Assembly: GCA_030390025.1 (NCBI GenBank)
Contig: CM059433.1
Span: 14,696,001-14,760,000, forward strand
Reading direction: 5' to 3'
Origin: Squalus acanthias
Taxonomy: Eukaryota
Length of the DNA: 64,000 nt
The translations under genes were made by a program, and so were the position numbers. Below the pieces are notes generated by a model, which was not told the DNA's origin, made no database searches, and saw only the letters and a list, made by a program, of their open reading frames with translations. Position 1 is the first letter of the stretch. Each line of letters opens with the position of its first letter. Positions 25,393 to 39,329 of the stretch are shown here, in pieces.

Positions 25393-25638
25393 CAGGAATC
25401 CCGCCCCAACCGTGGTTTTGCCATACGCGGATTTCAAGTATACTCGGTTTCCTCTCTGCCACAACTTTTGCCAACCGCAGCAATGAATTTTGTGTATACG
25501 CAGTTTTTAATTTAGGATTAAGGTAAATAACATGATTTTATTGCTTTTATATTCTTTTTTATTGTGTTATTTGAACATTTATACTAACCACGGGGGTTTT
25601 CAGGGACGTATCACCCGCGTTTGGGGAGGGATTGACTG
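25393..25638. mobile_element. Tc1/mariner (pogo/Tigger-like) MITE
   Basis: TA-flanked imperfect TIRs CAGGAATCCCGCCCCAACCGTGG / CCGCGTTTGGGGAGGGATTGACTG. Confidence 0.7.
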
Positions 25639-25714
25639 TACACTCAAAAATTCATTGATGTTGGAAAAGCTAAATATCACTTTTATTTTCATTATTTTAC
25701 TGGTTCTCCACCCT

Positions 25715-26150
25715 CACTAAACCCATCAACCCATCCAAAACTCTGCTGCCAGTATCCTATCCTACACCAAGTCCTGCTCACCAAACATCCTGTCCTCGCT
25801 GACCTACATTGGATCCCAGTCCCCCAATGCCTCCAATTTAAAATTCTCATCCTTATGTGTATATATTCCTTCATGGCCTCAGCCCTTCCCATCTCTGTAA
25901 CCTCCTCCGTCCCTACAACCCCCCCAACCCTGCTTGAACTCTCCATTCCTCTGACTCTGGCCCCACACTCTGCAATTCCTTCCCTAATCCACTCAACTTC
26001 TCCCTCCTTCATTAAGATCCTCCTTAAAACCCACCTCCTCAACCAAGTTTGTGGCCACTCCTAATATATCCCTCCTTTGGCTCAGTGTTAATTTTTTGGG
26101 GCATTTTTCTACATTAAAAGGTGTTATATAAATGCCAGTTGTTGTTGTGA
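25715..26150 (+). mobile_element. L2 LINE 3' fragment
   Basis: PVLADLHWIPV-type sequence and tail TATATAAATGCCAGTTGTTGTTG. Confidence 0.75.
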
Positions 26151-29100
26151 GCATGACAAGGCAAATATTGTGTTATAATAGTAGAAATATTACTTGCAAT
26201 TCATTTCATATCATATCAACAATGTAACATGAGAAGGATTTGCCAGCTACCAGATTTTCTTGGGTAATGAGAGACGTTGACATTGAACATATGTTCTAGC
26301 TCATCAGGATCCTGTTAAGGACAGTAGGTCAGCTTTAGGGGCCATTTCCTGAATAAAAATGTGATGCTGCAGTGTATTATGTTCCTCGATGGAAGGTGGC
26401 CAGCCCACTTCATTAAAGAGAGTGGGAGAATGTCAGAGGCCGGGCTAAAATGGTATCATAGTGCAGAAGCCCAAGTTTAAAAACAAACAACCAGGTCAGC
26501 AGAAGAGGCAGAAATGATGGAGGATGCTATTATTTTAGCAAGCATTAAATTCACTGATGTGACTTTCCATAAGGAAAGATTACTGAGGGAGACACAGTAC
26601 AACAAGGCAACGAGTGAAGCATTGGGCTAAAAACTATACTGCTATAACACGAGAGAAACACATCTCACGATATGGAAATAGAAAAACATGAAGAATGACA
26701 TATACTACAAGCAGGCAGGACTGGCACAGAATGTCTGAATCAATTGTGATGTTCATAGCTGTCTTCTACTAGTGGAGTACTATTACTACTACTGCTGCAA
26801 CAATGACAACAACAACATATCCCAGCTTTTAACACTCTCACATATGGGGGTCAGTATTCCTATGGTCTCTGTGTAGCAACATGAAAAATGCATTCAAAAT
26901 GAACATATTTTCATTTTACTGTACATAGAAACCAAGCCCGTCTTCCTCCGGGTCTGGATATGCTGTGAACAATTAATCCAATGTCACCTTTGATATTTCA
27001 GATTCTCCTCTTAATCGTAAACCTCACTTCTTCTGTATCTGGCATTGCTCTTGGAAACTCCCCGTGCATTACTTCAGCTACAGGGTAAAATGCGTGGCCT
27101 TAGGGCAATATATTGTTCGGACTGATAATGACAACCTTTTCAAAGAGGAGCTGTCCGAAACTCTTGCTTAGATGTTTTTTTTAACCCAACTGCTGTCAAT
27201 AGAGAGCCAAACCAACCTCGGTTCAGATACTTTCCATGAGCTGCTTGCTCATAATCTTTTCCTTCATCCTCTAAAGTGTGAAATTCAATTTGACTAGCAA
27301 AACATTTCTAAATTGTCAATAAAAGGTGCAGCAGCACATGTGCAAGGAGCTATGCATTTACGAAAAGGGTTTTGCTGAATGTGCGAATCTCTGCATATGC
27401 ACAGCATAACTTTGTGTGTGGGAGAGTTGTGTGGAATAGGATGAAATGTAATTGGAATCTGAACTCGGCTGGAGAATGTCTGTGCTTATTTTAGTCCAGA
27501 TAAAAAGCTTCAGATTTTGAATCTGAATTTATCAAGATTGAGCCAGTCACTCGCGCATCTGTCGTAGTTTGTGTGCGTTAGTTACCCCATGTATTTAATT
27601 TCTACTTGCCAGTCTAGCACTTTGCAATCAGCACTTCAAATTAATTATGGATATTCAGTTCACTCGGAACATAGGAACAGGAGTAGGCCATTCGGCCCCT
27701 CGAGTCTGTTCCGCCATTCAAGTAGATCATGATCAATTCCATTTACCCACCTTTGCCCCATATGCCTTGATATACAACAACTGGAAGGAAGTAAAGCTGG
27801 CAGCCATTAGGTTTGCAGTGGTAAACTTTCCTCCTCTTGTGCAAGCCCCTGCCCTAGAATGGTCCTCCATTTGATAATGCTCCATAAAAGCCCTAGAGAT
27901 GGATAGTTCACTATCTGTACCATATATAATACCAACAGTTTTAAGCTTGTGTATAGAATAGTTTGTTTCAAGTTTAATTTCTCTTAACTGTACAGATGCA
28001 AACATTGAATGACCTGAATTAGATCTTATTTTCAATTGGACCCCATCTGAGCCCAATTTATCAAGCTCAATGCCAGTTTTCAATCAGTGCAGATTCTGAC
28101 CCAATGGTAATAGTTCAAATGAAAAACGGATTCAGCTCTGCATCAGTGACCAGGATTTGAATTTCCTGATGAAGAGATAAATCTGAATCTTTATAATAAA
28201 TCCTGACTGAGCTGATTAAAATCGGCTGGCAGACCAGCGTAATCTAACCAGTAACGTTTGGTTAATTTTAAAGGAGTGCCAAGCAAAGTTGAGTTAATGT
28301 CAGATAACAAGTCATCTGATATGGTCTGAATAACATTATACTACCTCAGTACAGTGCCTACCTCACCAAGTCACTTTAGTGTGTAGTCTTCATAATTACC
28401 AGGCTCTCCTAGAATGATGCAAAGTATTCATGTTCAAAATAGCTACAACTAAGATGGATACAGTAAAACAGAATAAGTGCTTCTTACAACACTGCCACGT
28501 AAAAGTACCTGTGCTGAAAAATGATTATACAGGACTAATTTAGTAGAAAATAAACAGGTCTTTTATAACAGGTCTTTAAGATGATGTTGAAAATAACACA
28601 GCAATGCAGTATTTTCTTCATTTAAATGAAATGTCTTTTCATTTTCCAGTAGATTAAGCCTATATAATAATTTTCCAGTGCATGCATCTGGAAGACAAAG
28701 ACAAGTTATTGTTTACGGTGTGACCCTTCACCCAAAACATAAGCCTATCTTTCTCTCGACTGATCTATGTAGTTCCAACATTTTCTGTTTCATTTCAGAT
28801 ATCCAGGACTTACAATTTTTCATTTTATCTTCACATTTTAAATCTGTTTATCAGTTTAAAAAGTAATAATTTAAAAGAGATTCATTTATCCAAGGAACAA
28901 AATTGTCTTTTTCATTTTTATTTTGTGTTTACTTCTCTATGTCCTTATCTCCCATGAGCTTATTTGTTTCTTTCACAAGGCACGAGAACCTGCTGCTTGT
29001 TTATCTGCAATTGTTGATCTAGTGTCAGAGATGAAAGTCAACTTCTCCTATTGACATCAATTCTCACTTTGGGTTGTGGCTGAACCAATAGGCTATTGGC

Positions 29101-29179
29101 ATTTCAGGTCCTACAACAATAAAACACAGGCCCTACTTAAGAGCAAGTCTTTTATTATTTATATCTTCAGCGGAGAAGT

Positions 29180-29315
29180 ATTTTCTGATGAAAGGCCATC
29201 GACCTGAAACATTAACCCTACGTTTCTCTCTCCACAGATGCTGCCTGACCTGCTGAGTATTTCCAGCGTTCTCTGTTTTATTTCAGACTTCCAGCATCCG
29301 CAGTATTTTGCTTTT
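29180..29315 (+). mobile_element. Penelope terminal fragment with hammerhead core
   Basis: CTGATGA-AAGGCCATCGACCT-GAAAC at 29185-29210; matches 18839-18950. Confidence 0.75.
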
Positions 29316-30715
29316 GAGAAATATTTTCTGGATATCGAGGAGGAGAAGGGAACGTTTTCCAATTATTGAACCCAATGAGCCAGCGGAGTGCTCCCCGGTC
29401 AAGTAAAGAATGGCTAGACACAATCTAAATCTCTCTAGTACTACAACAACACAGCTTGAATCCCAAACACAAAAGAACATTCTCTACTGTGCCAACATGA
29501 TATTCTGCACACTAATTATCCTTTTGACCATTGAGTGAGGCTGAAAATTGAAAAAAAACAATATTTGCTAAATTAAGGTAGTTTTGCACAGTTGACATGT
29601 GCTCACCAGGAACTGGGTTGCGATTGCCCAACCTTATTTTGCTTAGGACCCTAACAGCTCATGAAGAAAGGAGACTTTCATTCATTAAATGTGAGCTGGA
29701 TGGAAAGCATGCATGCTAATCTAGAACGCCAGGAAAAGCTGTTGTACCAGCCTATTTGTTATATGTAACTTCTTTGGGGACAAGCAACACGTAAACAGAC
29801 CTAGGATTACGACTGTCAGAAGCCAACAACTCATTTTAGTGTTTTATGCCTTAAGTCTGTGCCCAACAAATAATGGGAGAGAGTAAAGTCTGATTGATTT
29901 TAGTCATGCCATCCGACCTATCTAATTTCCTCCAGTCCCATGGACTAAGTTATCAGCCCTGCCATGCAACTGAAATAATTGGTCGTTAGTAACAAGTGCC
30001 AAATCCCAGTGAAAACAAGCTGATTTTTTCCTATGGAACGGTGACACTTGGGTTGAAATGCTGATGTCAGCTTAAAAAAAAACCAGATGGTTTGCGTGTG
30101 CTGGAAACCCTCTTACTGCTGAAGGAACTGAAGTAAAGCAACAATGTTCTAGCCCATTGACCAAGTCATCCTGACTGAGAATGGAAAAGAAGACATTGCA
30201 CTAGAGGTTAAGCATGCACCGTTTACGCATTCATTCCGTGTTTCTAGGTCACTGAATTCCTGTTACGGACAAGCTGTTCCTCTTATAATTTCTTTTAGTT
30301 ACAATGAACCTCTTGAGTTGAGATGACCTTCAAGGCTTTTGAACTAAGTGCCAAGCATGCAACAAGCTATCTAACAAAATGATTCTGATTTCGAATCATC
30401 AGAAACTGCTAATAATAACAATTAAAAAAAAATTAAAAATATGTTTCTTCACAGCAAATGACCTCTGTTTAAGAGTATGGTTCAATTCTAAATAACTAAT
30501 GTGTACTCCTGGTTAAAAAGTACATTTTTACAAAAATCCTGGTTGGCTCTTAATAAAAATCAGTTGCAAGTAAATCAAAGAAAATTGTGTAATTCTTTAC
30601 ATTGCAGCATAGGTTAGCTTTGTATTGCTTTTGCATAATACATAAAAAATAACCAAATCATATTACAGAGGCAAATGGCAATTCAGTAAGAACTACTTTG
30701 CCAATATGACATAAT

Positions 30716-31444
30716 GGCCCGGAATTTGCCGTCGGGATGATAGCAAACTGGCAGCGTTCATCGTCATTCCGCCTTTGAAACTGACCGCAGGCGGAAATTC
30801 CGAAATTGCGGTCTGTCATTCACTGCTCCGACACAGGTTGCGCTGTGCGCCCCCCCCCCCCCCGGAGCCGGCAATCAGTGTAATCGCTCAAATCAGGGAA
30901 ACTGATGAAAACTTCGGCTGTTCCGCAGTAATTACGCTGTTAAATTTCCCACTAAAAGTTAGACCCAAAGGGATTAGGTGTAACTGGGGTTTTAACAGTG
31001 TCTTGACTGCTAAACAAAGGTCACGGGCCTGAAAATCTCAATTTAATTTTGTGCAATGTGAAATTTATTCATTTTTAAAGAAACTTCTAAACAAAAATTT
31101 TTTTTAAAGTTCGTCCATCTTTATTTCAGGTTTGCCTGTTCCCCATGAGAGAGCCCCAATCTTTGTTTTGCTCTCTCTAACATTTTTGAAAAGATAGAAT
31201 TTTAAGAGCTTACCCACTTCCTTGTTCGTGGTCTGTGAGAATTTTGCGTTTTGATTGGCTGCTCAGACAGCTGGTTGACGTCACAGCAGCTCGCACTGAG
31301 GGATCCCCACTAACTTCCGTTGATTTGAATTGAACATCGGAAAACCTGAACTTCGACACAGAGATCACGAGATCTTTGTCCGAAGCTTACTTCGGGGCCA
31401 GCAGCGAGTGTCTTCGCTTCGCCGCTGACCGCAAATTCCGGGCC
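30716..31444. mobile_element. Harbinger-type MITE
   Basis: Perfect 14-bp TIR GGCCCGGAATTTGC; TSD AAT. Confidence 0.9.
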
Positions 31445-34400
31445 AATAAATGCTATTTAACAGAATGTAGCATAAAAATGTTATCGTTTTGTAGACTGTT
31501 CTTATTTTCAATACATTTTATTATGAGACATCAATAGTAACCTATTGTCCATGCAGTACTGTTCAGTACAGGGTATTTGGAGTTCCGTATACGTTTAATT
31601 TAAAAGTTAAGACAAAATGAGACAGTTCAAATACAGTCCTAGTGATGTTTAGGAACACAGATAATTCTAATTAAAAGACTCTGTCACAGATCTTTGTCTC
31701 ATTCAAGTATAACTGTTCAAAGAGTGTTGCTCCATGCACTGTGAAATTCTATACCTTACAAACAGTTTTTTTTTCATGTAACTAAACTTTACAGGGAATA
31801 AATTATCTGCACATACAATAGCTGAGAATTGAAAAACTAAGATATGAGGAAATGATTTTATATGAAGATTAATGACTCAGAGGATCAATTAATCACATAC
31901 AGTGTGCCGTGAAGTCACACAAGATCTCAGGTTCGATTAGATCTCAGTTAAGAGTATTACTGGGGACACTATAATTGACCAGGGTGTCCCTAGGCTGCAG
32001 AGGGAATGAAATCAGGTGCATACTCTTGAATATGACTCAGCACTTGTTGATGAAGTATGTGTGGGCGGGTGACAGCCAAGGACAATCCTGGATGTGGCTC
32101 TGAATAGCTCAAGGCGGTCAAGCACATGGGGGAGAAATTTAATCCGAAAACATGCGTGATGGTTATTCGTACCATTTTGCACAATGCCACAAAAACAAAC
32201 TGCAAAGCACAGTCTGAATGTCTATGCAATCACTTCAGCAAACAGCAACAAATGAACACTGATAGCACAGATCAGAATACAAGCATTTACCTGACAAGAG
32301 AAGGGAGGCACCAATGGCAAAAGAGCAAGTCGCATTTAAGAAGTGAGTGTGCATTTTGGCAACAGCTTTGTATTTTAAAGGAGCTGTAACTAGCAGACAG
32401 CATTGGTGAGATAAACAGTTAGCTGAATTGTAACAAACCGATTTCCCCTTTTGTGATGATAGTACACAACAGCTTATTTTGTTAACAGGGATGGATGACC
32501 AAAAGTGTTCAAACTCAATCATTTTATCTCAATCTTAACACCAGGTCCCAAAATCTCAATTGTTAACATGCTACAACACACTGAAAATGGTTACGAGCAT
32601 TCACTCACTGGTGCTGCATAATTTTTAAATAGTTATACATGGAATCATAGAAATGATGCAATTTGATGAAGGAGTTTGCATCACTTCTAAACCACAACAG
32701 AAAAGCCCGTGGTGAACCTCAAGACTGAATTATAGCTTTAACTCACGGCATTTGTTATTTTTGAAACATATAGATAATGTTAAAATACAAAACATGTTTA
32801 TTTTCTTTCAAATTCATCCAAACATATTCCACATTAGTTGCAAGGTTCAAACATTGTGTCATATTACTAAGGTCATTACTGCTTACTGTGACATTCACCC
32901 TGATTGACAATATCCATCAAAGCCTATTGTATTACAAACTTGTTGACATTCATTCATTGGTTAATATAATGCTTAGTATATACATGATATAGTTATTGGG
33001 CAATTTGCTAGGTTAGAATACACACAATTTATATTTGCCCAGTCATTCGCTGTAGATTATCACTCAGTAAGATGGGTGCAATTATGTCAGAATATTAATT
33101 CTACAGTGTGAATATCACATTTTCGTGGAGAGGCTGAATGGCCTACTCCTATTCCTATGTTTAAATATGAACTATATAGGAGGGCACTGACCATCAATGC
33201 CTCCTGCTGTCAGGAAGCATGCAACCAAAGTGTAATAAAACCACCTGCACAAATCCTATAGTCGACATGGCAACAACAAACAACAAATACACAGCAGGAG
33301 CTTCCAGACTCTAATTGCATCTTGGGTTCAGATAATAGTTATTTTGAGGGCATTGTACAGGACGTTATGAACATTTATCCAAAGAGGGCAAACCTCATTA
33401 AAAAAATAGTCAATGGGGATTTACAAACTACAGGTCATGGCTCATTAATCTACTGGAACTTTTTGAGGAGGTAAACTACTGGATGAGCATTATCCAGTGG
33501 ATGCAATTTACTTGAACTTTGAGAAAGCATTTGATAACCTTTCACATATGGGACTTTGAACGGAAGGTCCATGGAACTGTTAGCAAAAGTTGGGTCGACA
33601 GTTTGAAAGCTGACTTGTCAATAAGTGCAAGGCAAGGACTCATGGAAAAAAGTTCTGTCTGGAGAGTAGCGACAATTAAAGTTAACCCGAGCTTGTTTTG
33701 GGTTCCACACAATTCATAAAATTATTTTATGTATGAGTTTTTCTTGCAGTGTCACAATTTGTAAAATGTTGCCTTGAACAGCTTAAATAATTTCTACACA
33801 CAAACCAAACAAAACCCACCCGGGGTTAAATCCAGCAAATTAAAACTAGATTCTGAACTTGCACTTCAGCTACAGGACTAGTTAAGAGCGGAGGACTGTA
33901 AAAATCTCCCATCCAGAAGGTTTATCAACATTTGTCACACAAAAAACAAAGTAGCATAAGACATTTGCAAAATTCAAAATAATTATAAGCTACAATTAAA
34001 TTTCATAAGAAATTCAAATAAGTGATTCTGCTGAAAACAATGGGAATTGGCATCAATTTATATTTATGGCAAATAAATACATTAAGATTACACACATGAA
34101 TATTTGTATACATTACAAATGTAAACACTTTATTTTTTAATTACCATAAATGTTAAATAATTTTGTATTACAATTGAATTTTTCCTAGAGATTATTTTTC
34201 CGATTAATATCAATCACTGTCTTTTGATGCCACGGTGATATGAAGTTTGCAATAAAAAAAATACTTTGCTCTGAATAGCCACAAAAATTGTTTAACTTTA
34301 CAATAATTCATTTAGAGCAAAACATGCAATACAATTAAAGGTTCACTAACATCCTTCAGTGTGATGTATCCACACTAAGAACTACCCACTCCTGAATAAT

Positions 34401-34644
34401 TCTGAAATAATATCAGTAGAAAGCTGTGCCGGTGGTCACGAGGTACCATGACACCGCCGACGTGGAAAACTAAAGGTCTTTCATTAAGCATAACATCACG
34501 TTCTTTAAATAGCATCCAACTGCTCACGTGGCACTGCAAAGACTTGAAAGAATAGTGCAAGTACAGTGAGCAAAATCCATTCACATTTCCAGAAAGAAAT
34601 ATCCGTGGTTAAAGCCATCCGACTTACCGCAACTTCCAGCTCAC

Positions 34645-34729
34645 TCAGATCCATGTGCGTTCCGGATAAATGTCATCAACAGCATGTGGAGAAGGCTGGG
34701 GCTTGTCTGAGAATTTCAGCTGGGCTGGG
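34645..34729 (-). CDS. Probable terminal coding exon of an unidentified host gene (PAQLKFSDKPQPSPHAVDDIYPERTWI*)
   Basis: Pyrimidine tract acceptor CCTTGTTTCCTCTGCAG; open to TGA; followed by AU-rich UTR-like sequence with minus-strand AATAAA at 34129-34134; non-repetitive. Confidence 0.45.
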
Positions 34730-35292
34730 CTGCAGAGGAAACAAGGCAACAGTGAAAGACATACAAAGCAGAGTAGATAGCATATTCAGCAAAACAACAC
34801 GCACAGAATAGCAATGGAATCTATGTACACATCAGTAGTCTTTCAAAATGTTCGAGTTTATTCGCCAAACACCACGAGTCTCAAAGGGATCTCTGTTATC
34901 AGAATCTGTGAAGTTGATCCCCATGAGGTGAATATAGACTGTGCTGTAGCAATGATCAGAATAGCAGGCAATCATTTTTTATTTGGTTTTGTTTCGTTTG
35001 TTTGCAGTGGAGCAAGCATACAAAAACTTACATGATCGGTGCTCTGTTTTGCACATTATTTCTGCTGGCAAAGCACAGCAGCAAAGGTGCCCTCCTAACT
35101 ATCAAAAGTGAGTGATTTGATCAATTGTCATACCTTTTAGGACGTTTTTGTTTGCTAGTCTCCTAATTTAATATTCTGAGATTTCACAAGTGATACTCAA
35201 TGTCTAAAACAACGTTAAAAAGAAAGTTTTTTCTTAAATGGTCCTAAGGTTTGCCTCTCTGTTTCCCTCTCCCAGCAGATTGCATGACTGTC

Positions 35293-35447
35293 GTGTGTGT
35301 GTGAGAGTGTGTATGTGTGTCTGTGCTTGTGCGTTTATATATGCGTATGTTTGTCTGTGTTTATGTGTGTATATGTATGTATGTACGTGTGTGAGTGAGT
35401 TTGAGTGTGAGTGAGTTTGAGTGAGTTTGAGTGAGTGAGAGAGAGAG
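35293..35447. repeat. Degenerate (GT)n / (GAGT)n microsatellite
   Basis: Directly visible. Confidence 0.9.
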
Positions 35448-35806
35448 TACATGGTGGGAGGAAGGGGGTAGTTACACCACGATGGGACAGGAAAGACTCG
35501 ATAGACCTGCTGCTCTTTCCCTGGCCTCCTTCATATGTTTGTATGTAAAGTTACATGAAACTTTCTCAACAAAGCATAGGCTAGAAACTATTACAGGTGC
35601 TATTAGCACATGAATATTTAACAAGTTAGTCTGACATTCCTGTGCCCACTGTTTTAACTGAGGGATTGACGCACTTATTTTATGCGTCAACATATACGTT
35701 AAAATAGAAAATAGAGGAATGTCATCAGAATACATTAAACGTCTGCCTCCTAATATTGTCAACAGTCATTTCTGGTTACAAATATCTATAACACATTAAA
35801 AACTGT

Positions 35807-38210
35807 GGGCTAAAAATTCGGGGGCTTTACGCCGTTACCGGCAACAACAAAAAAAAAATCGCGAAAAGAGGGCAGGCCGCTGCTCTTTCACCAGCTGGTG
35901 GTAGGTCCCACAGTGTCCTCCATTTCCCTAGGCTCGGTAACGCTGCCAGTAAGATCCATCGTCCTGCAGATTTAAATGAGGGAGCGGTGACGTCAGTCAG
36001 CGTGCAACGCCAACTTAACGTCACCGCGGTGAACTTGGACCTTTGCGCTGAGTCCAGCATTGGGTCATAAGGGGCAACACGGTGGCATAGTGGTTAGCAC
36101 TGTTGCCTCACAGCGCCAGGGACCCGGGTTTGAATCTCGGCCTCGGATAACTGTCTGTGTGGAGTTTGCACATTCTCCCCGTGTCTGCGTGGGTTTCCTC
36201 CGGGTGCTCCGGTTTCCTCCCACAGTCCAAAGATGTGCGGGTTAGGTTGATTTGGCTATGATAAATTGACCCTAAGTGTTAGGGGGATTAAATATGTGGG
36301 GTTACGGGGATATGGTGGGATATGTGTCGGTGCAGGCTCGATGGGCCGAAATGGCCTCTATCTGCACTGTGGGGATTCTGTGATTCTGTGATAAGCTCGC
36401 CATGTAAACCCAGTATGCAAGCAGACTGACAGAGGCACTGTCAGCACCTCCGAAAGGGACACACACATCTTTCAGGTAAGGTTGGATTTAAGCATTTGGA
36501 CTGGGCTTTATTTTATATTACTGAAGTAGTGACTTGCAACAATAGATGTTAAAAGTTTTTAAGTTTGTAGGGAGTGCTGCTGGATGCTTGCTAGGCCTCG
36601 GATGGTGAAGGGAGACCTCTGAGAAGACAGAAAATGCTGCAAATACTCAGCAGGTCAGGCAGCATCTGTGGAGAGAGAATCAGAGTTCACATCTTAGGTC
36701 AAGATGCATCCTGACCTGCTGAGTATTTACAGCATCTGCTTGCTAAAGAGGAAGAAGAGGAGGCAGCATCCCAGACAACCCCTTTCTGGCCGGGATATCC
36801 AGGATGGAATCATCCGCCTGCGGTACTAGTGACTACAACTCCAATTCCCCTTTCAACATTTGTCCCACACCTTACCTTCCCTCTGTCACTGACCATCACA
36901 GCGTCCTCTTGGCCATGATGCCGAAATAAAAGCCACCACAAAGCAAACGTTCCAATCCAACTTTATCCATCTATCCATCCAATATATCATCAAGAAATCA
37001 ACTCACCACTGTTATGTATTCTCTAAGTGACTGTCTTGTGTGTACCTTTGTCTATCCTACTAAAGTCACACAGTGCTACCCCACTGGCTGCAGCATGGCT
37101 GGTGGAAGGCTGCTGACTTTCAGTGGGGGGACACTGCAAATGGCCTTGCTGCTGGTCCGTGAGGAGCTGGTGGCTGGGCGTGTCAAATCAATCTTCTTCT
37201 TCACTCTCCTCTCCCTCTTCTTGGCCAACCACTGGCTGGGCAGGCTACATTTCTCGGCTGTGTGAAAGGAGGAAGGTACAAGGGTGGAGTTGTGGTGAGA
37301 TGAGGGCAAGAGGTGCATGCCAGAAGAAGGATAACATATGAGGATACCAGCATCTTGTATTCTTTCTGCCCCGCCGCTGGCCAAGGGCTCAGCCATGCCC
37401 CTGCCAAGAATGGCCTACACCGTCTCCTCCAAGGGTGTGAGGTGAGGCTAGGAATGGGAGATGTGCCTCGTGATTGGTACAGATTGTTGGTAGGTGAGTG
37501 ATTGGGGGGGTGGAGTCATGCATTGAGCAGCGTGTGAGGCTAATGGTGCAGTTGGTCTGAGGTCATGAAGCTTCTTTGGGCATAGGAGCCAGGTGGTGGG
37601 GGCGGCACTGCTGTCAGTGACAGCCTCAGTGGTGTGGTGCCACATCCTTCTTTCTGGAGGGCCTCCTGGCCCCTGTGGGTAGAGGACCTCTCGTGCAGTA
37701 TTGACTCCCTGCACAAAGCTGGAGTGCTGCGTGCGAGACCCTGGGTGCCCTTTCCCTGACTTTGAGCCATTTGTGTTAGTGCTGAAGCACTTTTCCCATT
37801 TTTTAAGGTTCAGAAGGGAATTCAGCTTTAAGTGCTGAAGACGCCCATTTGGGACTTTTTAATGTTAATTTTTTTTTAAAGGCAGTAAAGGCTGAAAACT
37901 GCATTTTTTCACTTCATTTGCATTTGTTTTTTAGTTCTGAAGGCATTGCCCTTTTAGTTTCCCACAATTCCTAGCGAACGCCATGCCTTGCTTCCGGTGG
38001 CTGTTGAAGCTGGAATGCCATTTCAGGACGGGAACTTCGACTCGCATGCCTGCACTAACGCCACCAGGAGGGCATTACATGGTAAGCTAGTGCAAGTTTA
38101 GCCCCCAGCACGAATTTATCCCTGGTAGCGCTTTGTCCATTTCCAGCAGTCATTAACACAAGTTGCTGGTGACACCGGCAACTCTCTTGGCGGCCACGAA
38201 TTTTTCCCCC
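35807..38210. mobile_element. Non-autonomous Harbinger element retaining a Myb-like gene remnant (minus, ~37450-37770), with nested SINE and Penelope hairpin
   Basis: GGGCTAAAAATTCG / CGAATTTTTCCCCC termini; TSD TGT; Myb-like VNTAREVLYPQG. Confidence 0.75.
36072..36392 (+). mobile_element. HE1-like V-SINE (tRNA-derived)
   Basis: tRNA head GGTGGCATAGTGGTTAGCAC..GGTTTGAATC; V-domain GTGTGGAGTTTGCACATTCTCCCCGTGTCTGCGTGGGTTTCCTCCGGGTGCTCCGGTTTCCTCCCAC; CR1-like tail. Confidence 0.9.
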
Positions 38211-38301
38211 TGTAAATGTGTAGACATCACAATCCAGAAATGACACTTTGTTACGGATGCAAAACAATCTCAGGACGCTGCACACTTCTGACATACACCT
38301 A

Positions 38302-39136
38302 GGGGCAGGATTTTGTCAGCGCTCAGGGGGCGGGTTTGGAGGCGGGACCGGTGGCAAAATGGTAAAAAGTGGGAGTGGGTCCCGAACCTGCTCCCAACCG
38401 ATCGCCCCAGGAGGTGGGTCCCTGATTCACACAGGGATTGTCTCCTAGGGGCGGGAAGGGGATTAGAGCCAATTAACTGCCTGTTATCAGGCAGTTAAGA
38501 GGCTTTTTCCCCATTTTGCGCCTACTGCTGCAGGCTTCCCAACGTCGGGGAAACCCCGCCAGGGTAAGTGAGGCGAGCTGTGGGTCTGTTGTACTGTAAC
38601 AGTAGAAATGACAGCTGCAGAGGTAGTGTGAAGGCTGCAATGGGACACTGGTAAGTATGACAGGTGAGAGAATGTTGGGGAAAACATTTTTACTGTGGTT
38701 TGATGCTTCTGCAGGTGACAAGTTGTGATGTTTCTGTGCAGCCTCATCTCATCGGGAGAAGTGACAGATGGCTTCTGCAATCTCACATGCAGCTGCCATC
38801 TGTTTCATCCTAAGGAGAGAGTCATTGGAGAGCCTGGGTTCAAGGGCTCACCTTTGGACAGTGATTGTCAGCACCTCAATGCTGTCAAACACTGACAATT
38901 CATCTGTCAAAAAATTATGGTGCCTGTCACTTTAACAAAACCGGCAGATGAAGCGTCATGCACTGACATCATCTGACACCGGCTTTCCCTTAATTGGCCG
39001 GCAAGCCCGCAGGGTGGGCTTAACAAGGCCAATCAGGGGAAAATAGCGTCTGTTCGTCAGACATCGCTGGGGGCGGGACTGAAACCCGAAAACCAGCAGT
39101 CCCGCCTCGACCTCCAGATCCAAGGTAAATCCAGCC
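38302..39136. mobile_element. Harbinger-type MITE
   Basis: GGGGCAGGATTT / AAATCCAGCC; TSD CTA. Confidence 0.8.
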
Positions 39137-39329
39137 CTAACCTCCAGCCTGAACTAACAAGCAAATTCAAATCTGCAAAGTTCCCTGAGCAGGCAAAACT
39201 AAAATTCGGAATGATCTGAACCTCTGTTTACTTATCCAAAATTAGAGTTTGTGGCCTTAAATAGACCACGGCACCGTAGCTGAACAATACATTGTGCATT
39301 ACATGATACAATCCTTCTGTCTCATTAAA

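Noticed and set aside
36072..36150. tRNA-like sequence (also 48720, 59200, 61700)
   Set aside because: SINE heads, not functional tRNA genes
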